This document shows, piece by piece, positions 20,167 through 29,478 of a DNA stretch of 62,020 nt (its first letter is position 1; every line of letters starts with the position of its first letter). A program made the position numbers and the translations under genes. This stretch comes from an uncultured Pseudomonadales bacterium (GTDB taxonomy: Bacteria > Patescibacteriota > Microgenomatia > UBA1400 > PJMF01), in assembly GCA_964432115.1 (NCBI GenBank), contig CAYSMC010000024.1, forward strand, positions 1 through 62,020. Direction: 5' to 3'. The notes below the pieces were generated by a model, which saw only the letters and a list, made by a program, of their open reading frames with translations, had not been told where the DNA came from and did not search any database.

Positions 20167-20216
20167 AATAGCAATTATCTAAAAAATTCATTAAAATAAA
20201 CAATAGACAAGGATTT

Positions 20217-22232
20217 ATGAATCAAGAAGAAAAATTATTTGCCCTGCGTCATAGCGCTGAACACGTATTGACGCTAGCAATGGAGCGACTCTATTCGCCC
20301 AATACAAAGAATCAAGGCAAAATCAAAACAGCCAGTGGAGAATATAAATTAACTAAACCAGCAATAATCAAGGCAATGGGACCAGCGATTGCAGATGGTT
20401 TTTATTTTGATTTTGATTTGTCTAAAGAAGCAGAACAAGCAGGTTTTCACTTAATTGAAGCAGACTTAGCAAAAATTGAAAAAGCTATGGCTAAGCTCAT
20501 CGAACAAAATTTGCTTATGCAGCGTATAGAAATATCTATTGATTTAGCGCGAGCCATTTTTTATGACAACTCGTATAAACAAGAGTTATTGGATGGTTTG
20601 GCTGAACTGGATGCTCAAGAGAACCAAGTTGATCCAGTTTCGTTACGTTTAGATCAAGAACATGAATTGGTCAAACCAGGAATAGTCAGTATTTATTTAA
20701 CTGGTAAGCCAGAACAAATTAAGGCTGACCAACAGTTACTTGAGGGTTTAACTTCCAATAATTTAGCTAATGCTTCGAGTCAAGTTGACTTACAAAGCTT
20801 TGTCGATTTGTGTAAAGGTCCTCATGTGGAAAAAATTGGAGAAATCAAAGCCTTCAAACTGTTAAGTATTGCTGGTGCATATTGGCGAGGTAGCGAAGAC
20901 AACAAAATGTTAACGCGTATTTATGGTACAGCTTTTGCTAAACAAGTTGATCTAGACAAGTTTTTGCTTAATCGTCAACTGGCACTAGAACGCAATCACC
21001 GTAAAATTGGTAAAGAAATGAATCTTTTTGCAGTGATCAGTGAGATTGGGCAGGGCTTACCCGTGTGGTTGCCTAATGGTTATGCCATGCGTCGAGCCAT
21101 TGAAGATTATATGCTTAGATTTGAGCGGAGTTTCGGTTACAGTCACGTTTTGACGCCTCATATTCATCGAAAAGAATTGTTTGAGAAATCAGGTCATTTA
21201 GGTTTTTATGATGAAAATATGTACCCACCATTGACCTATCAAGAGGAGGGTGACCATTCGGTAGTCGATGAAACTTATTATCTAAAGCCCATGAACTGTC
21301 CGGCGGCAATGATGATTTATAAACTTAAACCTCATAGTTACCGCGAATTACCAATAAAGATGGGTGAGTTTGGCACAGTTTATCGTCGGGAAAAATCTGG
21401 TGAATTGCATGGTTTACAAAGAGTGCGTGGTTTTACGCAGAACGATGCTCATATTTTTTGTACTGAAAAACAACTCAAAACTCAGTTTTTAGAAGTGATG
21501 CAAATGTTAAAGATTTTTTACAAAGCGGTTGGTTTTGATAATTACAAGTTTAGATTATCTATTTCTGATCCTCAAGATAAAAAGTTTCAAGTTTGTGGTT
21601 CTCCAGCAGATTGGCAAAAAGCGGAAAACACTATGCGCGAAATTCTTGATGAAGCAAAAGTAGAGTACGAAGAAGTCAAAGGTGATGCAGCTTTTTATGG
21701 TCCCAAATTAGATGTACAAGCGATTAATGTTTTTGGTAAAGAAGACAGTATTTCTACAATTCAGGTAGATTTTAATTTACCGGAGCGTTTTGGGATAACT
21801 TACATTGATGAAGACGGTGTTGAACAAAGGCCATTGATGATTCATCGAGCTTTAATTGGTTCTTTCGAACGCTTCTTTGCTTTTTTAATTGAACATCATG
21901 GAGGAGATTTTCCGCTATGGTTTGCGCCAATCCAAGTGAAATTATTGCCGATTGCCGATCGTCATCTAGCTTATGCGCGCCAGGTAATGACTAAACTCCT
22001 AAGAGTGGGTGTGAGAGTTGAAATTGATGACCGCTCTGAGCGTCTACAAGCCAAAATTCGGCAAGCTGAAGCAGAAAGAGTGCCACTTATGTTAGTTATC
22101 GGTGATCGGGAAGTAGACAAACAAGAATTAAGCTTACGCACTCGTGGTCAAGCTCAAGGTTTATTGAAAGAAGGCACAATTAGCTTAGCTGAAATTATCG
22201 AAAAAGCGACAACTTTACCAGATCTAAGATAA
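20217..22232 (+). CDS. thrS: Threonine--tRNA ligase
   Basis: RHSAEH, DLCKGPH, GAYWRG, KPMNCP, GLQRVRGFTQNDAHIF, HRA..GSFERF. Confidence 0.98.
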   Translation: MNQEEKLFALRHSAEHVLTLAMERLYSPNTKNQGKIKTASGEYKLTKPAIIKAMGPAIADGFYFDFDLSKEAEQAGFHLIEADLAKIEKAMAKLIEQNLLMQRIEISIDLARAIFYDNSYKQELLDGLAELDAQENQVDPVSLRLDQEHELVKPGIVSIYLTGKPEQIKADQQLLEGLTSNNLANASSQVDLQSFVDLCKGPHVEKIGEIKAFKLLSIAGAYWRGSEDNKMLTRIYGTAFAKQVDLDKFLLNRQLALERNHRKIGKEMNLFAVISEIGQGLPVWLPNGYAMRRAIEDYMLRFERSFGYSHVLTPHIHRKELFEKSGHLGFYDENMYPPLTYQEEGDHSVVDETYYLKPMNCPAAMMIYKLKPHSYRELPIKMGEFGTVYRREKSGELHGLQRVRGFTQNDAHIFCTEKQLKTQFLEVMQMLKIFYKAVGFDNYKFRLSISDPQDKKFQVCGSPADWQKAENTMREILDEAKVEYEEVKGDAAFYGPKLDVQAINVFGKEDSISTIQVDFNLPERFGITYIDEDGVEQRPLMIHRALIGSFERFFAFLIEHHGGDFPLWFAPIQVKLLPIADRHLAYARQVMTKLLRVGVRVEIDDRSERLQAKIRQAEAERVPLMLVIGDREVDKQELSLRTRGQAQGLLKEGTISLAEIIEKATTLPDLR

Positions 22233-22245
22233 TTAATTTATAAAA

Positions 22246-23052
22246 TTATTTTTCTTCTTCTAATACACAGTTGACTCTGATTGATGGTCCCATGGTTGGA
22301 GCAAGAGCTAATTTGACGATTTTATTTTTTAAGGCTCGAATAACGGTGAGCAAATTTTCCTCTAGTATTGTATTGTCCATACTAACTTTACCAATAACCA
22401 AGTGCATTAATGGAGCTTTTTTCTCCGTTTGCAGGGTGAAAGCACCAGCTTCGAGTTCTTTCTTTTTTAGTTCTGGTTTAGGTGTCAAAGTACCATTTTT
22501 AGGATTAGGCATCAAGCCTTTTGGTCCCAAAATTTTTGCTAATTTGGCAAGTTTCGGCATGAATTCTGGTGAAGCTAAGAGCACATCAAAATTGATTTTG
22601 CCTTGTTCCACATCAGCCAATATTTGATCATTAGCGATGACCACATTGACACTTTTACCAGTGCTGTGAGGTAAAGTTAAATTAACACTAGTGCCAACTT
22701 CTTTGACCACAATGTGCACTTCGACAGATGCATCAAATTTAGCGTAAGAAAATTTTTTGACCAAAGTGATTGCTTGAGCCGGATCATAGATTTTGGTTTT
22801 ATCTAATTGAGCTCTGACAGCTTGATATTTTTTGCCGCGAACTTTTTTCGCTTTCTTTTGTAAAACTGGTTTTTTTTCAGCGCTAGTATTTTTTTTATCG
22901 CCAATTGCTTTTTTATCGTCGGTTTCTTTTTTTTTGCTGACTTCTTTTTCAACGTTAGCGTCTTTTTTGTTCACCTTTGTGACTTTGGCGGTTTTGACAA
23001 TTTTGACTTCACTTTCAGTTTGAGTCATGTCAACATTTTTTTTGCTTCCCAT
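22246..23052 (-). CDS. rplA: 50S ribosomal protein L1 (Lys-rich N-terminal extension)
   Basis: KFDASVE, LPHSTGK, LGPKGLMPNPKNGT, TMGPS. Confidence 0.95.
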   Translation of the reverse strand: MGSKKNVDMTQTESEVKIVKTAKVTKVNKKDANVEKEVSKKKETDDKKAIGDKKNTSAEKKPVLQKKAKKVRGKKYQAVRAQLDKTKIYDPAQAITLVKKFSYAKFDASVEVHIVVKEVGTSVNLTLPHSTGKSVNVVIANDQILADVEQGKINFDVLLASPEFMPKLAKLAKILGPKGLMPNPKNGTLTPKPELKKKELEAGAFTLQTEKKAPLMHLVIGKVSMDNTILEENLLTVIRALKNKIVKLALAPTMGPSIRVNCVLEEEK

Positions 23053-23069
23053 AATTCCTTTCTTTTAAC

Positions 23070-23107
23070 GTGGTGCAAACGACTGGGGTAAAGCTTAAGT
23101 CTGCCAC
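23070..23107 (-). promoter_or_regulatory. Possible L1-binding leader hairpin between rplK and rplA
   Basis: Minus strand GTGGCAGAC...GTTTGCACCAC bulged stem just upstream of the rplA SD. Confidence 0.4.
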
Positions 23108-23136
23108 ATTAATATTTTTTAATATTTAAATCTTTT

Positions 23137-23562
23137 TTAATCAACGATATCAACGCCCATGCTCTGAGCAGCACCGATCACGTTGCGCATCGCTGCCTCA
23201 ATATCTCTGGTATTTAAATCACCTAATTTTGCTTCAGCGATTTCTCTAACTTGAGCTTTGCTTAATTTACCTTTATTTTCTCTACCAGCCAAAGCACTGC
23301 CTTTTTTCAGTTTAATTTTTTGTTTGATTAAATCAGAAACTGGAGGTAATTTCAGTACAAAAGTAAAAGAGCGATCTTCATAAACAGTAATTTCAGCAGG
23401 AATAATTTGACCACGTTTGTCGGCACTTTGATCATTATATTGTTTAATAAAATCCATCATATTAATACCCGCTTGACCTAAAATTGGACCAACTGGGGGA
23501 GCGGGAGTAGCACTACCTGCTGGTAAATTTAACTTTAAGATTTGTTTAACTTTTTTTGCCAT
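23137..23562 (-). CDS. rplK: 50S ribosomal protein L11
   Basis: AGSATPAPPVGPILGQ, YEDRSF, SMG. Confidence 0.97.
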   Translation of the reverse strand: MAKKVKQILKLNLPAGSATPAPPVGPILGQAGINMMDFIKQYNDQSADKRGQIIPAEITVYEDRSFTFVLKLPPVSDLIKQKIKLKKGSALAGRENKGKLSKAQVREIAEAKLGDLNTRDIEAAMRNVIGAAQSMGVDIVD

Positions 23563-23575
23563 GACTTTCTTTCTA

Positions 23576-24325
23576 CTAAACTTTTTTGACTTGTAAGAAA
23601 TCTAATTCAACTGGAGTTTCTCGACCAAAAATATTGATTAAAACAGTCACTTTACCTCTCTCTTCATCAATATTATTAACCGTACCCAAGAAATCATTAA
23701 ATGGTCCATCGGTAATACGCACTGCTTCACCATCAACAAAATCAGCTTTGTATTGAGTGTCACTTTGTTCAGCATATTTCATGATTGCCTCAACCTCGCT
23801 TTTAGGGAGTGGGGTAGGCCGACTACTCATACCCACAAAGCCAGTCACACCTTCGGTGGTGCGAATTGCTAACCAGGCGTTATCTGTAATTTCCATTTCC
23901 ACCAAAATATAGCCAGGAAATATTTTTTCACTCACTGTGCGTCTTTGACCACGTCTAATTTGAATTTTATCTTGAGTAGGAATAAAAACGCGCAAGATTT
24001 TATCTAATAAATGTAAGGTTTCAGTTCTTTGACGCAGCGCTTCTGCCACTTTTTTTTCATGACCAGAATAAACGTGAACCACATACCAACGAGCTTTTTT
24101 ATTAGTTGCTTGACTAATGACAATTAAATTTTCATTAGTTTTTTGTTCAGTTTTAGTATTTTCTGCTGTTGAATCGTCTTTTTCTTTAACTTGTTTATCA
24201 GCCACAATTGGAGTGTCTTGAGCTTTAACTGCTGGAGCAGTTTTAGCTTTGACCGCTTTTTTTGCTTTGACGACAGGTTTTTTCACTGTTTTTGTTTTAG
24301 TTTTGCTGTCTTTACGCTTGACCAT
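23576..24325 (-). CDS. nusG: Transcription termination/antitermination factor NusG
   Basis: WYVVHVYSGHE, FPGYILVEM, GPFNDF, IFGRETPVEL; ~75-aa low-complexity N-terminal extension. Confidence 0.97.
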   Translation of the reverse strand: MVKRKDSKTKTKTVKKPVVKAKKAVKAKTAPAVKAQDTPIVADKQVKEKDDSTAENTKTEQKTNENLIVISQATNKKARWYVVHVYSGHEKKVAEALRQRTETLHLLDKILRVFIPTQDKIQIRRGQRRTVSEKIFPGYILVEMEITDNAWLAIRTTEGVTGFVGMSSRPTPLPKSEVEAIMKYAEQSDTQYKADFVDGEAVRITDGPFNDFLGTVNNIDEERGKVTVLINIFGRETPVELDFLQVKKV

Positions 24326-24369
24326 AAATACCTTTTGACTTGCTTTTTGCGAAAGATAATTATACCAGA

Positions 24370-24552
24370 TTAAACAAAAAGTGCTATCAGCTTTTGCAAG
24401 ACGAAATCGAAGAAGCCAATATAAATGGCTAATAACAAACTGACTAGGACTACTAAAATGCTGAGATTCTTGGTGGTTTTTTTATCTGGCCAAGTGGTTT
24501 TACTAAGTTCGGTTTTGACTTCTAATAAGTATTTCTTAATTGCTTGCAACAT
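24370..24552 (-). CDS. secE: Preprotein translocase subunit SecE
   Basis: ELSKTTWP motif + single TM, upstream of nusG. Confidence 0.9.
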   Translation of the reverse strand: MLQAIKKYLLEVKTELSKTTWPDKKTTKNLSILVVLVSLLLAIYIGFFDFVLQKLIALFV

Positions 24553-24566
24553 AGATTGGCATTTTA

Positions 24567-26522
24567 TCACAGATCAAGCTGTTTATTTTCTGGAATTGTT
24601 GCTTGTTCTTTTTTACTAACTTTGCTTTTTTTATGTTGACGAGGGTTATGATTTAAACCCAAAAAAATAAAAACGAGAGCAATAATAATTAATAAACCAG
24701 CCAAGGCTAGATATTGCCAATTAAAATTATTAAAAAAGTTGTTTAAGGCGGCAGATAATTTAGTCAAAACAGCTGAATAAGTTTTTGTAGTATCTGTTCG
24801 ACTTTTTTCTTCTGCTTGTGTTGGTTCGGCAATGGTTGTTTCAGTAGAGCTAGTTGCTTTTTCTTCATCTGATGTTTCAACGATTGAAGGAACTGTAGTA
24901 GGACTTAATTGCTCAATTATGACTTGCTCATCTTCAAGCCCAATGCCTTTTTGCTCGGTAAGTTCAGGAATTGTAACGACATCAGCAGCTTCACAAGTAG
25001 TACTTTCTGGATTACTCGCTAAACGACATTGTCCTTTATAACAGCGATAATCAGCCATACAATCACGATTCGTATTGCAACCGTGATTGCAAGCGTAAGT
25101 GTTGATGTCATAGACTTCACTCGGTAAAAAAGGTCCTTGAATAATAATATCAGAGTCAGCTATTTGAGTATTAATTCCGGCCACACTTCCCAAGTTGCCT
25201 GTGTCACTGATCAGATTTTCATCAAAACACCATTGGTTTTGTGGATTGCTTTCCAAAAGACAGCGACCATCGATGCAAGTTAAACCAGTTAGACAATTAG
25301 AACCTTGCTCAGTTTTGGTGCAAGATTGTTGACAATCGAGACGATGACTTTGTTCTTGATTACAGTAATTTAAATATAATTTGGGTCCAAAAACAAATTC
25401 TTCAGTTTGATCGTTATACAATCGGAAATAATAATTTTGATCTGCCTGAAAATTTAATATTTGTCCTTCAACTGCTTGAGAAAAACCGGTAAATCCAGTC
25501 AAATCGATTATTGCATAATCACCATTTTTAACCGCGGTTTTAGTGGATTTTTGATAAAAATTAGTAAAACGATGATCAAGACTAACATCTAACCAATCAA
25601 ATTCAGGATATTGTTTGGTATTCCAAATTAAATAGAAATTTTCCCCTTGATTACTATCACTGAGACAAGTGGCAAAATAATGAAGAAAGAAATTTGCTGA
25701 ATTACTTAAAGTTAAATTATCTGTCTGTGCTTCCTGACACTGACGACTCAGTGGTTCTAGAGGTGTTATCTCGTGCCAATGACAATTGACTGGCACTACT
25801 TGATATTGGCGAGTTTGCCAGAAGTTTTGACAGTCACTCCACTCGTCATACAGGTATTGGCATTGGGCAAAATCGATGCCATTATCACTCACGTAATAAG
25901 TGAATTGAGCCGAATCGATATTTTGTAAAATATTTTGACCACTACCATGTTCGTTAATTTGACTGGGGTGGGCGAGTTTTAGAGTAATTGCTCCTTCTTT
26001 TTGTGGAATAAATTCCAAATTAGCGATTGAAGTGGAGACATTGCGACTGGTAAAAGGCGCACTGGCTTGATTACTAGTTAGCAGCAAAGTTAATAAGTAG
26101 CAGTCATGTTGCGAGTCGCAATTAATTTGCTGAATATCTGCGTGAACCAATTTTAGTACTTTATCTCTAGATTCACTAATTTTTAAATCCGATTCGCGCC
26201 ATAATCCTCGATCTGTTTCAATTTGCAAATTAAGTTCCAAGGCGTCAACCAAATGATTGTAAGTATTAATTTGTAATTCAATATGACTTGATTCTTGAAC
26301 TTTAAAAAAACTTTGGCTAAAAGGATAAGTGTTGAAATCAACTCGTTTATTGACAACAAGCGCTTGTTTGCGCAAATCCAAACTCTCATCGACTGATTGC
26401 AGAAAAATCAAGCCAAATAAGGTGGCACTTAAAATAAAAATAAGAAGTAATACTCCCAAGACGAAAAAAATATAAGACCAAAATGGCTTTTTTTGCGATT
26501 GTTGTAAGTAGTTATCTTCCAT
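24567..26522 (-). CDS. Membrane-anchored Cys-rich surface protein with cohesin-like N-terminal domain
   Basis: N- and C-terminal TMs; cohesin-like strands IELQINT..VDALEL and IANLEFIP..GAITL; two CxxxC..C..C.xGxC.L.SNP modules. Confidence 0.65.
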   Translation of the reverse strand: MEDNYLQQSQKKPFWSYIFFVLGVLLLIFILSATLFGLIFLQSVDESLDLRKQALVVNKRVDFNTYPFSQSFFKVQESSHIELQINTYNHLVDALELNLQIETDRGLWRESDLKISESRDKVLKLVHADIQQINCDSQHDCYLLTLLLTSNQASAPFTSRNVSTSIANLEFIPQKEGAITLKLAHPSQINEHGSGQNILQNIDSAQFTYYVSDNGIDFAQCQYLYDEWSDCQNFWQTRQYQVVPVNCHWHEITPLEPLSRQCQEAQTDNLTLSNSANFFLHYFATCLSDSNQGENFYLIWNTKQYPEFDWLDVSLDHRFTNFYQKSTKTAVKNGDYAIIDLTGFTGFSQAVEGQILNFQADQNYYFRLYNDQTEEFVFGPKLYLNYCNQEQSHRLDCQQSCTKTEQGSNCLTGLTCIDGRCLLESNPQNQWCFDENLISDTGNLGSVAGINTQIADSDIIIQGPFLPSEVYDINTYACNHGCNTNRDCMADYRCYKGQCRLASNPESTTCEAADVVTIPELTEQKGIGLEDEQVIIEQLSPTTVPSIVETSDEEKATSSTETTIAEPTQAEEKSRTDTTKTYSAVLTKLSAALNNFFNNFNWQYLALAGLLIIIALVFIFLGLNHNPRQHKKSKVSKKEQATIPENKQLDL

Positions 26523-26935
26523 TATTCTTCGTTTCTAGTATCGTCGTTTGCTTGCGAGCGAATAATATAAGCCAAGATAGCATAGTCTTGAGTATCAACT
26601 CGGCTGTCTTGATTAAGATCAGCTACTAGACTTTTGCTATCGATATTTAAAAAAGCTGCTTGCATGACTTCAATGTCTAGTTGATCAATTTTTTCGTCTT
26701 GGTTAAGATCAGCTTGCTTTAACATGTCTGCGTTGATATCTAGTTGATTAATTTGGTTCATTTCAGCCGCTTGCAAGTCTTGGATTTGTTGCCAGCGGAG
26801 CTGCTGTTGTTGAGTAAAATAATGTCGGTAAGTTAAACACCCCAAAAAAGCTACTAAGAACAACAAAAAAATTATGCTTGGCCAATCTATTTGTTTAATG
26901 AATTTAGAACGAGACTGATTTTTTTTAGCCATCAA
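26522..26935 (-). CDS. Dockerin type I / EF-hand-like domain protein
   Basis: Two repeats ADLNQDEKIDQLD and ADLNQDSRVDTQD after a TM. Confidence 0.8.
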   Translation of the reverse strand: MMAKKNQSRSKFIKQIDWPSIIFLLFLVAFLGCLTYRHYFTQQQQLRWQQIQDLQAAEMNQINQLDINADMLKQADLNQDEKIDQLDIEVMQAAFLNIDSKSLVADLNQDSRVDTQDYAILAYIIRSQANDDTRNEE

Positions 26936-27015
26936 TCTAGCATACTAAACTTGAAGGGGGAAGGTCAAGCGCTAAGGGGATTTTTACTAGCAAATATGTT
27001 ATACTCGTTGGCGTT

Positions 27016-27924
27016 ATGACCGAAAAAAAAGTTCGTAAAGCCATTATTGCTGACGCTGGTTTTGCCAGTCGTTATTTACCAATTACTAAGACTCTGCCGA
27101 AGGCAATGTTACCGTTAGGTAATCGACCCATTATGCAGTTTGTGATTGAGGAATGTATTGAGGCAGAAATTGAAGAAATTATTGTGGTGGCAACCCCAGA
27201 AGGTAAACCTATTTATGAAGATTATTTCAATAACAGTGTTAATCGCATTCGTAAACAATTAGCCGCTCAAGGCAAAGATGATCGTTATGTACCAGTTCAG
27301 GAGGTTTTAAATTTTCCCAAAATTATAGTTATTACTCAGGATTCAAGTTTGCCTTATGGGAATGGTTCGCCATTTGCTAGCGCCAAAAACTATGTGGAAA
27401 CAGAAGAAGCTTTTTTAGCTTTTTATAGTGATGACGTGGTGTTTGGCAAACCAGGGGATGCCAAAACTTTAATTAATGCTTATCATCGTTCACCAGATGC
27501 AGATGCAATCATTATGGTGAAGGAAACTCCAGGTGAAGAAATTGCTAAATATGCTGCTGTTTCTCTAAAAGACGGTCAATATCGCGATGAGCAAGAAAAT
27601 GTTTTAGCAGATATCGTTGAAAAGCCAGATCCAGCCAAAGCGCCCACTCATTTAGCCTCTTATGGTCGTTACTTATTAACTCCCAAAATTTTTGAATTTT
27701 TATCACCGCAAAATGTCGGTAAAGATGGAGAATTATGGACAGCTGATGCCATTGGTCAACTCAATCAAAGCGGTGGTAAAGTGTTAGTGCAAAAATCTGC
27801 GGGAGAATGGATGACTACTGGCGATCCAGAAAACTATTTCAAAGCCCATTTAAAATTTGTGATTAATCGCGAGAAATATGGTCCAAAGATAGCTGATTGG
27901 TTAGAAGAATTTCTAAAAGACTAA
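27016..27924 (+). CDS. galU: UTP--glucose-1-phosphate uridylyltransferase-like nucleotidyltransferase
   Basis: KAIIADAGFASRYLPITKTLPKAMLP, IVEKP, GRYLLTP. Confidence 0.8.
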   Translation: MTEKKVRKAIIADAGFASRYLPITKTLPKAMLPLGNRPIMQFVIEECIEAEIEEIIVVATPEGKPIYEDYFNNSVNRIRKQLAAQGKDDRYVPVQEVLNFPKIIVITQDSSLPYGNGSPFASAKNYVETEEAFLAFYSDDVVFGKPGDAKTLINAYHRSPDADAIIMVKETPGEEIAKYAAVSLKDGQYRDEQENVLADIVEKPDPAKAPTHLASYGRYLLTPKIFEFLSPQNVGKDGELWTADAIGQLNQSGGKVLVQKSAGEWMTTGDPENYFKAHLKFVINREKYGPKIADWLEEFLKD

Positions 27925-28027
27925 ATAAAAAAAGCTTTCACAAGCTAATACTCCATTTTAGCAAATTTTTGCTATTTGTAACAGCTGTTTTTTTATTGAC
28001 AAACTTTTTAGAATGAACTTGTACCTT

Positions 28028-28187
28028 AAAACTCCACCTTCTTTTGCAGGGAGCTATAGCATTTTTTCCTCAACAGCTTTTGTCAGGGCTAATGGGTTGT
28101 AAAGTTTTTCCGTGGAAAAATTTTCGCCTTGCCCACCTGGTTTACCAGGGGAAAGACGCTGGTTTCCTGCAAAGGAGGGTGGATTTA
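28028..28187 (+). ncRNA. Rod-shaped structured RNA candidate (6S-like)
   Basis: TCCACCTTCTTTTGCAGGGA pairs with TTCCTGCAAAGGAGGGTGGA, G-U pairs on + strand; central bubble, apical hairpin; no ORF. Confidence 0.5.
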
Positions 28188-28286
28188 GCTTTCCATTAAG
28201 GTGACTTTATTTTCTTTAATAAGAGCTGGGCTGTTTTTTTTGAGTTTTTTCAATATAATAATGAGGCATTGTGAGGCTAGGTATTA

Positions 28287-28362
28287 GCCTTTGTAGCTCA
28301 GTTGGTAGAGCGCAGTCTTGGTAAGACTGAGGTCTCGGGTTCGATCCCCGACAAAGGCTCCA
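28287..28362 (+). tRNA. tRNA-Thr(GGT)
   Basis: CAGTC-TTGGTAA-GACTG anticodon arm; encoded CCA. Confidence 0.96.
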
Positions 28363-28423
28363 GGTTTATGCTTAGCCAAACCAAGCAACAGCATAGTAAA
28401 CTTGTAATTTAACATTGGTGTGC

Positions 28424-28505
28424 GCCAGGATACTCAAGCGGTCAACGAGGGCAGTCTGTAAAACTGCTGGCTTAGCCTACGTAGGTTCGAATCCTACTCC
28501 TGGCA
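28424..28505 (+). tRNA. tRNA-Tyr(GTA)
   Basis: GCAGT-CTGTAAA-ACTGC arm, long variable arm, GGTTCGAATCC. Confidence 0.96.
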
Positions 28506-28510
28506 CCGAC

Positions 28511-28584
28511 GCCCCCCTAGCTCAACTGGTTAGAGCACCTGTTTTGTAAACAGGAGGTTCAGGGTTCGAGTCCCTGGGGTGGCT
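28511..28584 (+). tRNA. tRNA-Thr(TGT)
   Basis: CCTGT-TTTGTAA-ACAGG arm, GGTTCGAGTCC; one acceptor-stem mismatch. Confidence 0.93.
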
Positions 28585-28673
28585 CAATTTAATCTTGAGA
28601 GTTTAATTTTCACTTATCAATCTTTTATGTTAGAATACTGGCTTGTTATCGCAAAGTGACTTAAAAGGAAAAT

Positions 28674-28877
28674 ATGGCAAAATCAAAAAAGGGTCCTCGA
28701 CAAGCTATCGGTCTACAATGCACTGTGTGTAAAGCCTTTGGTTATGTAAGTACCTATAATAAAAACAATGAATTATTAAAAAAGCAAACTGTTGGGACAA
28801 GTGCTTTTCCAATTAATAAATATTGCAAAGTTTGTCGTAAGACTACCCCTCATCGTTTGATGAAAAAATTGAAATAA
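28674..28877 (+). CDS. rpmG: 50S ribosomal protein L33 (Zn-binding type)
   Basis: LQCTVC..KYCKVCRKTTPH. Confidence 0.9.
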   Translation: MAKSKKGPRQAIGLQCTVCKAFGYVSTYNKNNELLKKQTVGTSAFPINKYCKVCRKTTPHRLMKKLK

Positions 28878-28881
28878 AAGC

Positions 28882-29478
28882 TTAGTCGTTAAAAATTTTC
28901 ACTAGATTTTTGTTTTTTCCATCTTCAAACAAGAAATGTTTGATCAAGCCCAAACCCTTTAGGTGGTTAGGATTGTGTTTATCAAAGTGAATGGAGAAGA
29001 TATCCTGGCCCTTAATCCGATCATAAGCCAAGTGAATGTGGCCGATGCGCAATGATTTTTTATGATTACCGCTCGTAGAAATAAATCTAGCCAGAATTTG
29101 TCGTGGTTTGAAATTTTGTAATAGTTTTTTATTATCTTGATGAATTTGCGCAAAAGGACCAGTGTTGAGCCAGTTATCTATTTCCACATTAAATACCCCC
29201 CTAGGGTATTTTTGGCGCAGATAAATCGAAAGTAGTAAAGATCTTTGGGTTTTATGATCGGCTAGCTGCCAAAACTTCTGAAAAAACACTTCTTTTCTCA
29301 GTTTCGCTAATTCTTTTTTAAGAGCTTCCTTGAGGAAATGATTTTTATCATCAGTGTAATCTAAAGATAGATCGAGAGGAATAATTTTTTTCCATTTTTT
29401 TTTGGGAAATTGGCGACAAGTGATTAATTGGTAGTGTTGTTGTTCGTCAAAACAACAGTAATAGCGAGTGAGAGTCAT
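28882..29478 (-). CDS. Hypothetical protein
   Basis: 198-aa ORF coupled to the upstream gene (4-nt overlap). Confidence 0.6.
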   Translation of the reverse strand: MTLTRYYCCFDEQQHYQLITCRQFPKKKWKKIIPLDLSLDYTDDKNHFLKEALKKELAKLRKEVFFQKFWQLADHKTQRSLLLSIYLRQKYPRGVFNVEIDNWLNTGPFAQIHQDNKKLLQNFKPRQILARFISTSGNHKKSLRIGHIHLAYDRIKGQDIFSIHFDKHNPNHLKGLGLIKHFLFEDGKNKNLVKIFND

